Shown here in pieces: positions 45,009-54,418 of a DNA stretch of 64,000 nucleotides. This DNA is from an uncultured delta proteobacterium (GTDB taxonomy: Bacteria > Myxococcota > Myxococcia > Myxococcales > Myxococcaceae). The notes under the pieces were generated by a model, which made no database searches, had not been told where the DNA came from, and worked only from the letters and a program-made list of their open reading frames with translations. The position numbers were made by a program, and so were the translations under genes. Positions within the stretch are counted from its first letter, which is position 1, and every line of letters begins with the position of its first letter. The DNA lies in contig CAVQKE010000005.1 in the NCBI GenBank assembly GCA_963713045.1, positions 268,012 through 332,011 of the forward strand, in the 5' to 3' direction.

Positions 45009-46469
45009 ATGCATTCGACAGAATCATCAGCAGTGTACGGGCGTAAGACAGCGCTGAGCGGCTTCAATCCCAGCTGGCTTCTCGAGATGGCATTGGTCGC
45101 CGCACTCGCCATTTCGGTGCCCGCTTCGGCCGACACCGACAGCCACAGACTCTGGGGGACGGCAAACCATATGGTGACAGCACCGGCGGCATTTCTCTTA
45201 ACAGCGACTCCAAGTCCAACCGAGCTACCCGCTTCAGTACTCAAGCTGGCCCGACCGATGACTAACTTGCCAGCCTCGACTGCCGCGAGCACAGGCCACA
45301 AGGCATACGGGGGCAAGCACGGTGGCGGCGGTAGCGGCGACAGCGCCGCAGGCGTGCCGGGAATTACCAGCATTCAGAACTGGACCGGGCAATTCACGGA
45401 GCCCGGCTATGACAACTATGGCAACCCGCAAAGCGTCTGGCCCTACGCGATAGTGGGTCAGCCGCCCGAGAAGGGAGGGACCACGACCATCCATGCCCCG
45501 CTCATCCCCGTCATCGTCGACTTGCTGGACGCGAACGGCAACGTGGCCACGAGCAGTCAGGGTGTCCCTCTCACCTTCGACCCGACCCAAGTCGTCAAGC
45601 CGGTGCTGGATTCACCTGTGTTTCAACCCTGGCCCTACTATTCCGGCTTCACCCAGTTTGTGGACGGCCTTCAGCGCGCTGAATTTTGGGACCGTCTCCG
45701 GGACGACGACAAGGGACAGGATTGCGAGGATGGTTGGCATACGCTGTTTGAGCCGCACCGCAAGCCCACGCAACGGATGCAGATTCCGTATGGCTCTTGG
45801 TACGTGGTGCTGAACGCCGATGGGAGTTGCTGCACCGCCGCGCTGGTGGATGTTGAGGCCTTCCTCGTCCAGCTCTACCCGTCCACCGTCCCGCAAACCC
45901 TCGGTACAGTTATCGGGTATGCAGAGCTAACCGGAGCGATGACGACCAAGGACATGACGACGTTTCTCTTCAACGACGTCTATCTGTACGGTGGAAACGT
46001 CTCAAATTGCTGCTACCTTGGTTTCCATGACGTCGACCTCGAGGCGGACGCGCAGGGCAACTTTACCCTTTGGTACGTGTTCTCCTATGCCAGCTGGATT
46101 GGCAACACCTTCTTCACGGGTGGCTTCCAGGACATCACCGCCCTGAATCACGAGCTCTCCGAGGCGACGAACGACCCCTTTGTCCAGATCATCCCCTACA
46201 ACTGGACTCCCTGGTACCTGTCGCCCTCGGGGCTTTGCCAGAACAACCTCGAATCCGGTGACGCCATCGAGGGCCTCAACACAACACCGACGTTTGCCCT
46301 CCAGATGAACGGCCGAACGTACCACCCGCAAAACATGGCCATGTTTCCGTGGTTCGCGTTCGAGTCGCCGTCTCCGGCCTTGAAGCACACCTATAGCTTC
46401 CCGGACGAGACGACGCTCACCACGCTCTCGCCCCCGAACTTGCTGCCCAACTGCGTCCCCGGGCCCTAG
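45009..46469 (+). CDS. secreted protein of unknown function (486 aa), sigma-54-dependent
   Basis: Leader MHSTESSAVYGRKTALSGFNPSWLLEMALVAALAISVPASA is shared with 52221..53372. The mature part has no motif I recognise. It contains paired cysteines (SCC, NCC, LC, NC). Confidence 0.75.
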   Translation: MHSTESSAVYGRKTALSGFNPSWLLEMALVAALAISVPASADTDSHRLWGTANHMVTAPAAFLLTATPSPTELPASVLKLARPMTNLPASTAASTGHKAYGGKHGGGGSGDSAAGVPGITSIQNWTGQFTEPGYDNYGNPQSVWPYAIVGQPPEKGGTTTIHAPLIPVIVDLLDANGNVATSSQGVPLTFDPTQVVKPVLDSPVFQPWPYYSGFTQFVDGLQRAEFWDRLRDDDKGQDCEDGWHTLFEPHRKPTQRMQIPYGSWYVVLNADGSCCTAALVDVEAFLVQLYPSTVPQTLGTVIGYAELTGAMTTKDMTTFLFNDVYLYGGNVSNCCYLGFHDVDLEADAQGNFTLWYVFSYASWIGNTFFTGGFQDITALNHELSEATNDPFVQIIPYNWTPWYLSPSGLCQNNLESGDAIEGLNTTPTFALQMNGRTYHPQNMAMFPWFAFESPSPALKHTYSFPDETTLTTLSPPNLLPNCVPGP

Positions 46470-46479
46470 AGTAGACGTC

Positions 46480-46523
46480 GAGGACCCGCTTGGACGGAGT
46501 ACGGGCGCGGTCCAAGCGTCCTC
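46480..46523 (+). terminator. possible hairpin terminator without a U-tract
   Basis: GAGGACccGCTTGGAC-N13-GGTCCAAGCGTCCTC (14 bp stem with a 2-nt bulge) starts 11 nt after the stop. Confidence 0.35.
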
Positions 46524-46730
46524 TGGCCACGAGAGGCCCCGGCATCGTCCCCGCGAAGACCGTGTTGGGCCGTTGGGTGGAAGGGTCGCACCAAGGCGCC
46601 GCTCCGCGCCTCCCCCGAGGCCCCCTCGGCCATCCCATGTACGCGGGCGTTGTGCAGGTGACGGGGCCAAGTCCACCGCCGAAATCGCGCGTTGCGTCAG
46701 CGGTGTAGTTGAGCCCGTTGTCGGAGAGCC

Positions 46731-49700
46731 TCACCGCGCTGGGTTTGAGGCGGCAAGGCGCTGCCCATCGAGTGCCTCGCGTGCGAAGCGAGCGATGCGG
46801 AAGAACTCCCTGGATTTTGCCTCACGTTCCAACCTGACTAACCGCGCGTGGCCTTGAGTGGGATGCGCTCGGAGTTCCACTTCACCCAGTGCAAGGGCGA
46901 TCTCGAAAGCCATTGCCATCGCGCCCTGGCTTTCCGCATTGGCCAACGCAACACGGAGCTCTGCAGTGGACTTGGCGGTCCCACCCAGAGCGGCCCGGAT
47001 GCGCATGAGGTAGACGTTCGCGAGACTTCGCTCGACGTACCCGCCCAGCTGCCGCGCCTCCGCGAGCGCTTCGACGGCTAGTTTTTCTCCTCCGGGAAGG
47101 TCGCCGGCGAGGTATCGGCACTTCGCGAGCCGTAGATTCCTTGCGAGCACCTGAGCGGTACCCGCTCCATCCGGGGGAGGATGTTGGGTTAGGCAATCCA
47201 CGCCTTCTTGCGGACGCCCTTCATCACAGGCTATCTCGCAAAGGATAGCTTGGAAGCTCGGCGCATCCGACAGAAGGCTTGAAAGCTGCTGCATTCCGAT
47301 GACCTTTTCCAAGCTCTGCCGTGCTTCTGGCAGTCGGTCCTGCTCTCTCAAGGCAGCAAACTCTATTCCGACGGCTGGGTCATCGATTCCCTCCTGATGA
47401 TGCGAAGGGTCGATTCGCAACAGATGGAGGGCATTCCGCACGCCCCCCATGTCTCCCATCTGCAGCGCCAAGTCGGCTTTTCCCTTCTGGTAGAAGGCGC
47501 CCGGCCCCTCGTCCATGGCCTCTGACTCGGACAAGCTCTCCTGCAGTTTCGCAGCCGCTCGCTTGTAGTCGCCAGAGTGGATCAGACTCCCTGCCTCTGC
47601 GTTCAGAACCTCCCGTAGGGCCCGATGATTGCCGAGCTTGCGGAGTAGCGCGGCATTCTCCTCAAGCGCCTTTCGCACCGTGCTCGTCGGAAGGTATTGT
47701 ATCATCAAAAATGCTCGCCAATTCTGGGCCAGAGCGAGCGTCGGCAAATCGCCAATCTCCTTTAAGAGGGCAACCGCCTGGTCGAATGGGCCCATCGCCT
47801 CAGCTCCGCGGCCCTTCCCTTGCCAGAGCATCCACGCCTCAACGAGGTAGGCATCGGCCGCCTCGCCTCGAGCCCCGAGTGCCTTTGCACGAGCCTTCAG
47901 TCGTGCAACTAGCTCCTCGGCGTGTTTGAAATCGCCCAGTTGCCAAGCGTTGAAGGCCTCTGCACCCTCGACACGCGAGTCGGCCTGGGCACTCGGGCTG
48001 TGCTCCCGGAGGCGGCCGAGAATGGCCGCCCCAGTCTTGGGCGGAGCCTCGCTCACGATGCGGATTGCCAGCTCGACATCGTCTGGTGTGGCGTCGAAGA
48101 GGGCAGTCAGGGCCTCCGTTCCCTTTTCAGGCTCGGGACCTAGGCTCAATATTCTCCCCTCGGTTTCCGCGAGCTGTCGCGGCGTGAGGCCGCCTGGACG
48201 CGCGCGAATTCGGTCGGCGACCTCTCGCGCCTTTTTCTTGTTTCCCTCCAGGTCCCAAATCTCGCCGAGACGGCGTTGGGCATCCATGAAGCTCCCGTCG
48301 GTCGCAAGTGCAGCCTGGAAATAACTCCAGGCGTTTTCGTATTCGAAGCTCCTTAGACGCACGAGGCCTTGCGCATAGGCGCGCGCGGCGGACAGGTTTC
48401 GGGGTCGGACGGCCGCCAGTGCAGTCGCCTGGCTCTGCGAAAGAGAAACGCCCAGCTTCTGGCGGAGGCGTTCGGCGAGGCTGGAGGCTTTGTCGGCCCA
48501 GGCCTGTCCACTCTCGCCAAGGTCCTCTTCGAAGGAGGCAAGCTCCCGCCCCGAGGCGCCGTCAATCATTTTCAGGGAAAGCCCGACGGACGCCGGATTT
48601 TCCGCCGCCGGCTTCAACGTCCCGTAGATGAGGACATCCGCGACAAGGAGGCCCTGCATCCGTGTCTGCACGGTTTCCTCGGAGACGGCGTTCTCAGAAA
48701 CTCCGAGTGAGCGCCGGACCTGTACGACTCTGTCGCCGGGGACGACGCGCAGTGAAGTTTCCGCCGCTGCGAGCTCCCGCCCGAGGTCTTCGGCAACGGC
48801 TGTCGGAAGCCACGCCGACTCGGCGGACACCAACTCGTTGCGAAAGCCCAGCAGGGCAACCGCCCGTCGGAGGGTCGAGGCGACGGTGGTTCGGGAGGGC
48901 TTTGTCGGGCGAAGGGTAGGAAGCTTCCCGGCGACAGAGAAAGCGGCGAGCACCGCCGCAAGCAGGACGGCGCCGACGGAAGCCCAGCGCGGCCAGCGTC
49001 GACGCGGCCGCTCGAGCTCCGGGAGGATGTCCAAAGCGCTCTTGAAGCGCCGCTCCGGCTCCCGGGCCAGGCAGCGTAGGACCGTGCTGCTCCATCTCCC
49101 GTCGAGTCCCGGCGTGGTCGCCTCGGGGCTCGGGGGCGCCTCCCTCAGGCGCTTAGCAGCCGTGACGAGCGGCGTATCGCCGGTAAAGGGCAGCTTGCCC
49201 GTTACCATCTCGTACAGGACGACGCCCAGCGCGTAGATGTCCGTAGCCTTTGTCACCGGCTCACCGGAGACTTGCTCCGGCGCCATGTACTCAGGGGTTC
49301 CGAGGATGCCGTTACCCCCCGTCAGCGGCTCGCTCGCCGCGTCCGTGCTGCGAGCGTGAAGCGCCAGCGCAATGCCGAAGTCCGTGATGACGACACGGGC
49401 GGATGAGGTCGACTCACCCGAGCCTTCTCCGCTGGCGACGAGCATTACATTGCCGCTCTTGAAGTCTCGGTGAATGACACCTTCGGCATGGGCCGCCGCG
49501 AGCCCGTCGCACAGCTGCCGCACCAGCGGGAGTGCCTCGGCTGTGGTCAGCCGCCCCGCCCGCGCGAGGCGTTGGCTCAGGGTCTCTCCGTCCAAGAGTT
49601 GCATCGTGAGGAAGTGAATGGGCACCCCGGCCGCGGTCGTCCCGTCATAGAGCTCGTAGACGCGGCACACGTTGGGGTGGCTCACCCGACGGGCGAGCAA

Positions 49701-50120
49701 CACTTCGCGCCGGAAGCGCTCCATGGCCGTCGCGTCGGTGGCGATGCGGCCCCGTATCACTTTGAGCGCCACCCCTGAACGCAGCTTGACGTCACTCGCT
49801 TCGTAAACGGCCCCCATCCCGCCCTGGGCGATGAAGCGGAGAATCGTGAACCGGCCAGCGAGCAACTCGCCAGGCGTCAACCGCGGGTTGTCGGCGTCCT
49901 CGACACAGGCCAAAGCCCGGGAACCCGTGCTCGACTCCGGCTCCAAGCCAGCCGGCTTCGGGAGAAGCAACGTCGACTCGTCGGGCGTTTGACGAGCGGC
50001 GCCGCGAGCTCCCAACGCGGGGTTCGCGTCTTCAACGCCGGCGACTTTATCGACGTGGCTGTCCCCCTCACCACCCATGCCTGTGCACAGTACCTGAAAG
50101 GTCTCAGTGGGACCCGTCAT
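46731..50120 (-). CDS. Ser/Thr protein kinase with a transmembrane segment and a large C-terminal TPR-like domain
   Basis: 1129 aa uninterrupted. GRFTILRFIAQGGMGAVYEA, VALKVI, HRDFKSGNVML, TDFGIA and GTPEYMAPEQ are kinase motifs. TM segment WASVGAVLLAAVLAAFSVAG. The C-terminus is helical-repeat rich. Confidence 0.9.
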   Translation of the reverse strand: MTGPTETFQVLCTGMGGEGDSHVDKVAGVEDANPALGARGAARQTPDESTLLLPKPAGLEPESSTGSRALACVEDADNPRLTPGELLAGRFTILRFIAQGGMGAVYEASDVKLRSGVALKVIRGRIATDATAMERFRREVLLARRVSHPNVCRVYELYDGTTAAGVPIHFLTMQLLDGETLSQRLARAGRLTTAEALPLVRQLCDGLAAAHAEGVIHRDFKSGNVMLVASGEGSGESTSSARVVITDFGIALALHARSTDAASEPLTGGNGILGTPEYMAPEQVSGEPVTKATDIYALGVVLYEMVTGKLPFTGDTPLVTAAKRLREAPPSPEATTPGLDGRWSSTVLRCLAREPERRFKSALDILPELERPRRRWPRWASVGAVLLAAVLAAFSVAGKLPTLRPTKPSRTTVASTLRRAVALLGFRNELVSAESAWLPTAVAEDLGRELAAAETSLRVVPGDRVVQVRRSLGVSENAVSEETVQTRMQGLLVADVLIYGTLKPAAENPASVGLSLKMIDGASGRELASFEEDLGESGQAWADKASSLAERLRQKLGVSLSQSQATALAAVRPRNLSAARAYAQGLVRLRSFEYENAWSYFQAALATDGSFMDAQRRLGEIWDLEGNKKKAREVADRIRARPGGLTPRQLAETEGRILSLGPEPEKGTEALTALFDATPDDVELAIRIVSEAPPKTGAAILGRLREHSPSAQADSRVEGAEAFNAWQLGDFKHAEELVARLKARAKALGARGEAADAYLVEAWMLWQGKGRGAEAMGPFDQAVALLKEIGDLPTLALAQNWRAFLMIQYLPTSTVRKALEENAALLRKLGNHRALREVLNAEAGSLIHSGDYKRAAAKLQESLSESEAMDEGPGAFYQKGKADLALQMGDMGGVRNALHLLRIDPSHHQEGIDDPAVGIEFAALREQDRLPEARQSLEKVIGMQQLSSLLSDAPSFQAILCEIACDEGRPQEGVDCLTQHPPPDGAGTAQVLARNLRLAKCRYLAGDLPGGEKLAVEALAEARQLGGYVERSLANVYLMRIRAALGGTAKSTAELRVALANAESQGAMAMAFEIALALGEVELRAHPTQGHARLVRLEREAKSREFFRIARFAREALDGQRLAASNPAR

Positions 50121-50249
50121 GCCAACACGCGGAAAGAATTCGTGCTCCCTTCATGGGAGGCGACGGGGACAGTGTCCTGAGCGCCCCTCAATCAACGACA
50201 GCGGCGCGGCAGAGAAATGCTGTAGCTTCCCGGGCTTCTGGGTGTCGCC

Positions 50250-51980
50250 ATGCAATCGGAACCTGACCCGGAGACCCTGCGGCTGGCACGGGCGGTGGAA
50301 GAGCCGCCGCACGGCCTGTGCGTGTTGGCTCTCTGGGACGAGGAGCATGTCACCTTCCCACTCCCCGACCGGGGAAGCGTCACCGTCGGGCGGACCGAGG
50401 GCGTGGACGTCCGGCTCGGGGACCAGGCCATCTCTCGTCAGCACATCAAATTCCATGTCAGTGAGCTGCTGCACGTGGAGGACCTGAGCAGCGCCAATGG
50501 CACGCGCGTCCGCGGACGTTTGTTGAAGTCCGGCGAGACTGTCGAGGTGAACCCCGGCGACACCATCGAGCTCGGGCGGACGCTGCTCGTCATCCAGCGC
50601 TCGGCTGGTCCGACGCGTTCATTTCGCATTTACGCGCACGACTATTTCGACGCACGGGTCGACGACGAGTGCGCCCGGGCAGAGCGCGGCGGGGTGTACT
50701 TTGTTGTGGTGCGAGTGCACGACGGCGGTCTGCCCCGTGCACTGGTACAGCAGCGTTTGGCGGCAGCGGTCCGGCCGGGCGACGTCGTGGCCGCCTACGG
50801 GCCGTCCGAGCACGAGCTCCTGTTGGTGGACTGCGAAGCTCGCCTGGCAGAGCAGCGCGTAGCATCGCTGCTCGCGTCGCTTCAGCCACTGTCTCCGTCC
50901 GCAGCGGTTGGCTTTGCGTGCAGCCCGCGCGATGGCCGCACCTCAGCCTCGCTGCTCGAGGTGGCCAATGCAGCCGTCCGGGGCATCAACCTCGACCAGC
51001 AGACGCCCCCCGTCGGATTGTCCGATGGGACGATGGAAAGTCTTCGGCGCGTTGTCGAGCGCATCGCCGGGGGCTCCATCAGCGTTCTGATCACCGGGGA
51101 GACAGGTGTCGGCAAAGGGCTGTTAGCAAAGGAGCTGCACCGCAAGTCCTCGAGAGCGTCGAATGCCTTCGTGGCGCTCAACTGCGCTGAGCTTCCGGAG
51201 TCCCTGCTCGAAGCAGAACTCTTTGGCTACCAGAAGGGCGCCTTCACTGGAGCAGTTCAGGCCAAGGCTGGACTCATCGAAACAGCGCATGGGGGGACGC
51301 TGCTCCTCGACGAGATTGGCGACATGCCACTTGCGACGCAGGCAAAGTTGCTTCGGGTGCTCGAAGACCACGAGGTGCGTCGCATTGGGAGCTTGCATCC
51401 ACGACACGTCGACTTGCGCGTCGTGGCGTGCACCAACCGGGACCTCAAAGAGGAGTCCGAGCGCGGCGCTTTCCGGTGGGACTTGTATTTTCGGCTCGCT
51501 GGAATCTCGTTGGCGGTGCCCCCTTTGCGGGAGCGTGCCGCAGAGATTGAAGGACTAGCACGTGCGTTCCTCGAGCAAGCCGGACATTCCGGAGGGCGAG
51601 CGAGCGCCCCAATCCTCGCCCCCGAGGCCTTGGCGGCGCTGCATCGCTACTCGTGGCCGGGCAACGTCCGCGAGCTGCGCAATGTCATCGAGCGAGCAGT
51701 GCTGCTTTCTCAAGACGGAGTCATTCGGTCCGAGCACCTCCCGGTCGACCGCCTGCGCACCACCGTGTACCCCGCTTCCGTCCCAGGGCCGAGCGCTCGC
51801 GGTGCCGAGTCCGCGGAAGGCAAGCTAGACGACAGCAAGCGGCAGCGGATTCTGGAGGCACTGGCGACCTGTGGCGGGAATCAGAGCCGCGCCGCGAAGC
51901 GCCTGGGGATTTCCCGGCGCACCCTTGTGACGTGGCTCAAGGACTCTGGGCTGCCTCGGCCTCGCAAATCCGGGGCATGA
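50250..51980 (+). CDS. sigma-54-dependent transcriptional activator (bEBP) with an N-terminal FHA domain and a degenerate GGDEF-like middle domain
   Basis: FHA region: GSVTVGRTEGVDVRLGDQAISRQHIKF...SSANGTRVRG. AAA+ region: GETGVGKG, GAFTGA, LLLDEIGDM. C-terminal HTH: NQSRAAKRLGISRRTLVTWLK. Confidence 0.92.
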   Translation: MQSEPDPETLRLARAVEEPPHGLCVLALWDEEHVTFPLPDRGSVTVGRTEGVDVRLGDQAISRQHIKFHVSELLHVEDLSSANGTRVRGRLLKSGETVEVNPGDTIELGRTLLVIQRSAGPTRSFRIYAHDYFDARVDDECARAERGGVYFVVVRVHDGGLPRALVQQRLAAAVRPGDVVAAYGPSEHELLLVDCEARLAEQRVASLLASLQPLSPSAAVGFACSPRDGRTSASLLEVANAAVRGINLDQQTPPVGLSDGTMESLRRVVERIAGGSISVLITGETGVGKGLLAKELHRKSSRASNAFVALNCAELPESLLEAELFGYQKGAFTGAVQAKAGLIETAHGGTLLLDEIGDMPLATQAKLLRVLEDHEVRRIGSLHPRHVDLRVVACTNRDLKEESERGAFRWDLYFRLAGISLAVPPLRERAAEIEGLARAFLEQAGHSGGRASAPILAPEALAALHRYSWPGNVRELRNVIERAVLLSQDGVIRSEHLPVDRLRTTVYPASVPGPSARGAESAEGKLDDSKRQRILEALATCGGNQSRAAKRLGISRRTLVTWLKDSGLPRPRKSGA

Positions 51981-51987
51981 GCGGCGT

Positions 51988-52018
51988 TGCGCTAAATGCG
52001 CAGCTGAGTCGTTGCGCA
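51988..52018. promoter_or_regulatory. candidate enhancer (UAS), copy B
   Basis: TGCGCtaaatGCGCAgctgagtcgtTGCGCA has the same geometry as copy A. Confidence 0.4.
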
Positions 52019-52078
52019 GATTGAGCAGCGCGGGCGGCCCTGGCCGCGGAACGACCCGATTTAACGGGGCGCCTCGCC

Positions 52079-52093
52079 TGGCACTGTCGTTGC
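52079..52093 (+). promoter_or_regulatory. sigma-54 (-24/-12) promoter
   Basis: TGGCACtgtcgTTGC lies 98 nt after the activator stop and 127 nt upstream of ATG 52221. Confidence 0.8.
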
Positions 52094-52220
52094 TCGCCCG
52101 TCATTGCTCACAGCGCGAGAAGCCGAAATCCAAGGGAGACGCTTCGCACAATGCGGGGACCGCTGTCGGATTCAGCCCGATCTTTTTCGGCGCTCGCAAG
52201 ACAGGCAGGGAGAACGGCAC

Positions 52221-53372
52221 ATGCATTCGACAGAATCATCGGTTGTGTACGGACGTAAGACGGCGCTGAGCGGCTTCAACCCCAGCTGGCTTCTCGAGAT
52301 GGCTTTGGTCGCCGCGCTCACCACTTCGGTGCCAGCTTCAGCTGAAGCCGACAGCCGATTTATCGAATTCGACGTCCCGGCCGCAGGCACCGCTGCCTAC
52401 CAAGGCACCACCGGCATCGGCATCAACGGACGCGGCGAGACAATTGGCTACTACTTGGACGCGAATTTTGTGTACCACGCCCTCCTGCGCGCATGCGACG
52501 GAACCATCACCTCGTTCGACCCCCCGGGCAGCCAGGTCACCCTCGCCTATGGCCTCACGGAGCAAGGGGTCATCGCGGGAATCTTTCATGATGCGAACGA
52601 CGTTCATCACGGTTTCATCCGGGCTGCCGACGGCAGCTTCACCGACGTAAACGCGCCGGGCGCGGCTACGGGTGCAGGCCAGGGAACTCTTGCCTGGAGC
52701 ATCGACGCTCGCGGAGAGGTCTTCGGAACCTACTTTGACGAAAACGGAGCTTGGCATGGCTACCTACGCGCGCCGGCCGGCACCTTCACGACGTTTGACG
52801 CGCCAGGGGCAGGCACCGGTGCTGGCCAGGGCACCTACGCCTCCAGCTTCGACGGCAACAACGCACAAGAGGCAGTCGGCTCGGTTGTAGATGCCAACAA
52901 CGTGGGTCACGGCTTCCGACGCGCGGCCGCCGGCGAGTTCACGACGTTTGACGCGCCAGAGGCAGGCGCTGGTGCCGGTCAGGGGACGTTTGTCGACGGC
53001 GTCAACGCCGAGGGGGTCATCATCGGAGGGGCGATTGATGCGGACAACGTGGCCCACGGCTTTCAGCGGGCGGCCGACGGCAAATTCAGCAGTTTTGACG
53101 TCGCGGGGGCGGGTACAGCTGCCGGCCAGGGCACATTTCCCCAGAACATCAACCGCGAGGATGCCATCACTGGATACACCGTTGATTCGAACAATGCGGC
53201 TCACGGCTTTTTACGCGCTCCTGACGGCAGGACCGTCACATTCGACGCTCCGTCCGCGGGCACGGGTGCCGGTCAGGGGACATTTGCAACAAGCAACAAC
53301 GCCGAGGGCGCCATCACGGGAGCAGTCACGGACGCGAACAACGTGAGCCACGGCTTCCTGCGCAGAGAGTAA
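52221..53372 (+). CDS. secreted seven-repeat beta-propeller-like protein (same repeat family as 25427..26308), sigma-54-dependent
   Basis: ATG at 52221 inside track ORF 52104..53372. Seven ~46-aa units FT(T/S)FDAPGAG(T/A)GAGQGT...G.I.G...DANNV.HGF(L/R)R..(D/A)G. Confidence 0.8.
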   Translation: MHSTESSVVYGRKTALSGFNPSWLLEMALVAALTTSVPASAEADSRFIEFDVPAAGTAAYQGTTGIGINGRGETIGYYLDANFVYHALLRACDGTITSFDPPGSQVTLAYGLTEQGVIAGIFHDANDVHHGFIRAADGSFTDVNAPGAATGAGQGTLAWSIDARGEVFGTYFDENGAWHGYLRAPAGTFTTFDAPGAGTGAGQGTYASSFDGNNAQEAVGSVVDANNVGHGFRRAAAGEFTTFDAPEAGAGAGQGTFVDGVNAEGVIIGGAIDADNVAHGFQRAADGKFSSFDVAGAGTAAGQGTFPQNINREDAITGYTVDSNNAAHGFLRAPDGRTVTFDAPSAGTGAGQGTFATSNNAEGAITGAVTDANNVSHGFLRRE

Positions 53373-53382
53373 GTTCGGCGCG

Positions 53383-53443
53383 TCGCCAAGGGACTGGCTT
53401 CGGAGGTCGCCATTCGTCGCGTTGCCGAAGCGCCCCTTGGCGA
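53383..53443 (+). terminator. long imperfect hairpin after the propeller gene (possible terminator)
   Basis: TCGCCAAGGG...CCCTTGGCGA are perfect 10-bp arms enclosing an inner GGCTTCG/CCGAAGC stem. It starts 11 nt after the stop. No U-tract. Confidence 0.35.
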
Positions 53444-53545
53444 ACCCGCGGGCCTCCTGTTTTGTTATTATTGGGTCAGCAGATTGCCATAGACGCCTTC
53501 CAGTCCCGTATTCCTCGCCCTTCTTGTCGCCTAGCTCGTTCGATT

Positions 53546-53967
53546 TGCTTCGTTTTCTTCCAGGCAGCGGTTTCGGGCTCTCGCTTCTCCGGTATTTCTC
53601 GACGCGCGGCGGTTCTGCTGCTCGCGTGTCCAAGGGCGGCTGCTCGGGCGCGACTGCGCGTCCTGAGCGGCCCGTCACTCGCGGATGACCCGCGTTCCCT
53701 TCCAGCCAACGACACCCCGGACGAGCGAAAGCATCTGCTCCTCCCTGCCCGCCGGCACAGTGTACCTCGCATAGAAGCCCCACCCGCGTCGTTCGTCGAC
53801 CCAGGCATACGCGACGTCGAGCCGGTCGGCCGCGAGACGGATTTGCAGCTCCTCGCAGGCGAACCGCAAGTGACCGTCGGAGCAAGTCCCGAGCATCGCG
53901 GCGGGAAGGGGCACGCCGCGGGTCGGATACCGCTCGAGGGCCTTCCGGAGGAAGTCCACGTCAATCG
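53546..53967. repeat. dispersed repeat R2, copy B (truncated)
   Basis: See 43733-44205. Homology ends abruptly after ...GTCAATCG. Confidence 0.85.
53675..53959 (-). pseudogene. 5'-truncated paralogue of the 161-aa secreted protein (lacks signal peptide and ~65 N-terminal residues)
   Basis: (V)DFLRKALERYPTRGVPLPAAMLGTCSDGHLRFACEELQIRLAADRLDVAYAWVDERRGWGFYARYTVPAGREEQMLSLVRGVVGWKGTRVIRE is nearly identical to residues 67-161 of 43913..44398. Confidence 0.75.
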
Positions 53968-54418
53968 TCGCCGAGGCTGTCGAGGACTATCTGCACCCTT
54001 CATGACCGGGGCGGCAGTCAAACCGGCCCGCCTCGGTGAGGTCCTGGGCAACTTTGTTGAGGATGAAAGTGGCCCGTTAGGAGTATCTGTCGTACCGCAT
54101 TGTCAGTTGATTCCCGGGCAGTGCAGGACCCCTTAAGGCCGAGGCGGTCGATGCTGCCCTTTGGGGCACGGCTTGCTTCAGATATCCGCATGAGCCCTTT
54201 CGTGTGGCTACTCGCCCTCACAGTCACTGCAAATCCCCGGCGGACAGTCTCGCTGTCGGATGTCCTGAGGCTTGATGGGGTTGCCTTTCGCTGGAGGACG
54301 ATTCCTGCGACGAAATACGGGCAGTGTTTTGGTCCATCGCCCTGGCCTGTTGGCGTAAGAGACGGGGCATGGTCCCGACATAAATAAATCACTAGCACCA
54401 TTATGGATTCTTCGCCTT

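Larger units (their letters stand above)
44688..45144 (+). repeat. dispersed repeat R1, copy A (activator tail + sigma-54 promoter + 5'UTR + first ~45 codons)
   Basis: Colinear with 51898-52356, with the same 98-nt stop-to-promoter spacing. Confidence 0.9.
51898..52356 (+). repeat. dispersed repeat R1, copy B
   Basis: See 44688-45144. Confidence 0.9.

Noticed and set aside
43733-53967. Reading the shared-leader cargos plus small adjacent genes as a polymorphic toxin / immunity system with orphan modules.
   Set aside because: The small genes are on the opposite strand rather than immediately downstream. I recognise no toxin domain, and one cargo is a propeller repeat protein. This is kept only as a remote alternative.
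54190-54387. 66-aa ORF with a signal-like N-terminus (MSPFVWLLALTVTA) in the AT-richer islet.
   Set aside because: Too short and unsupported to call as a feature. It is mentioned only under the islet finding.
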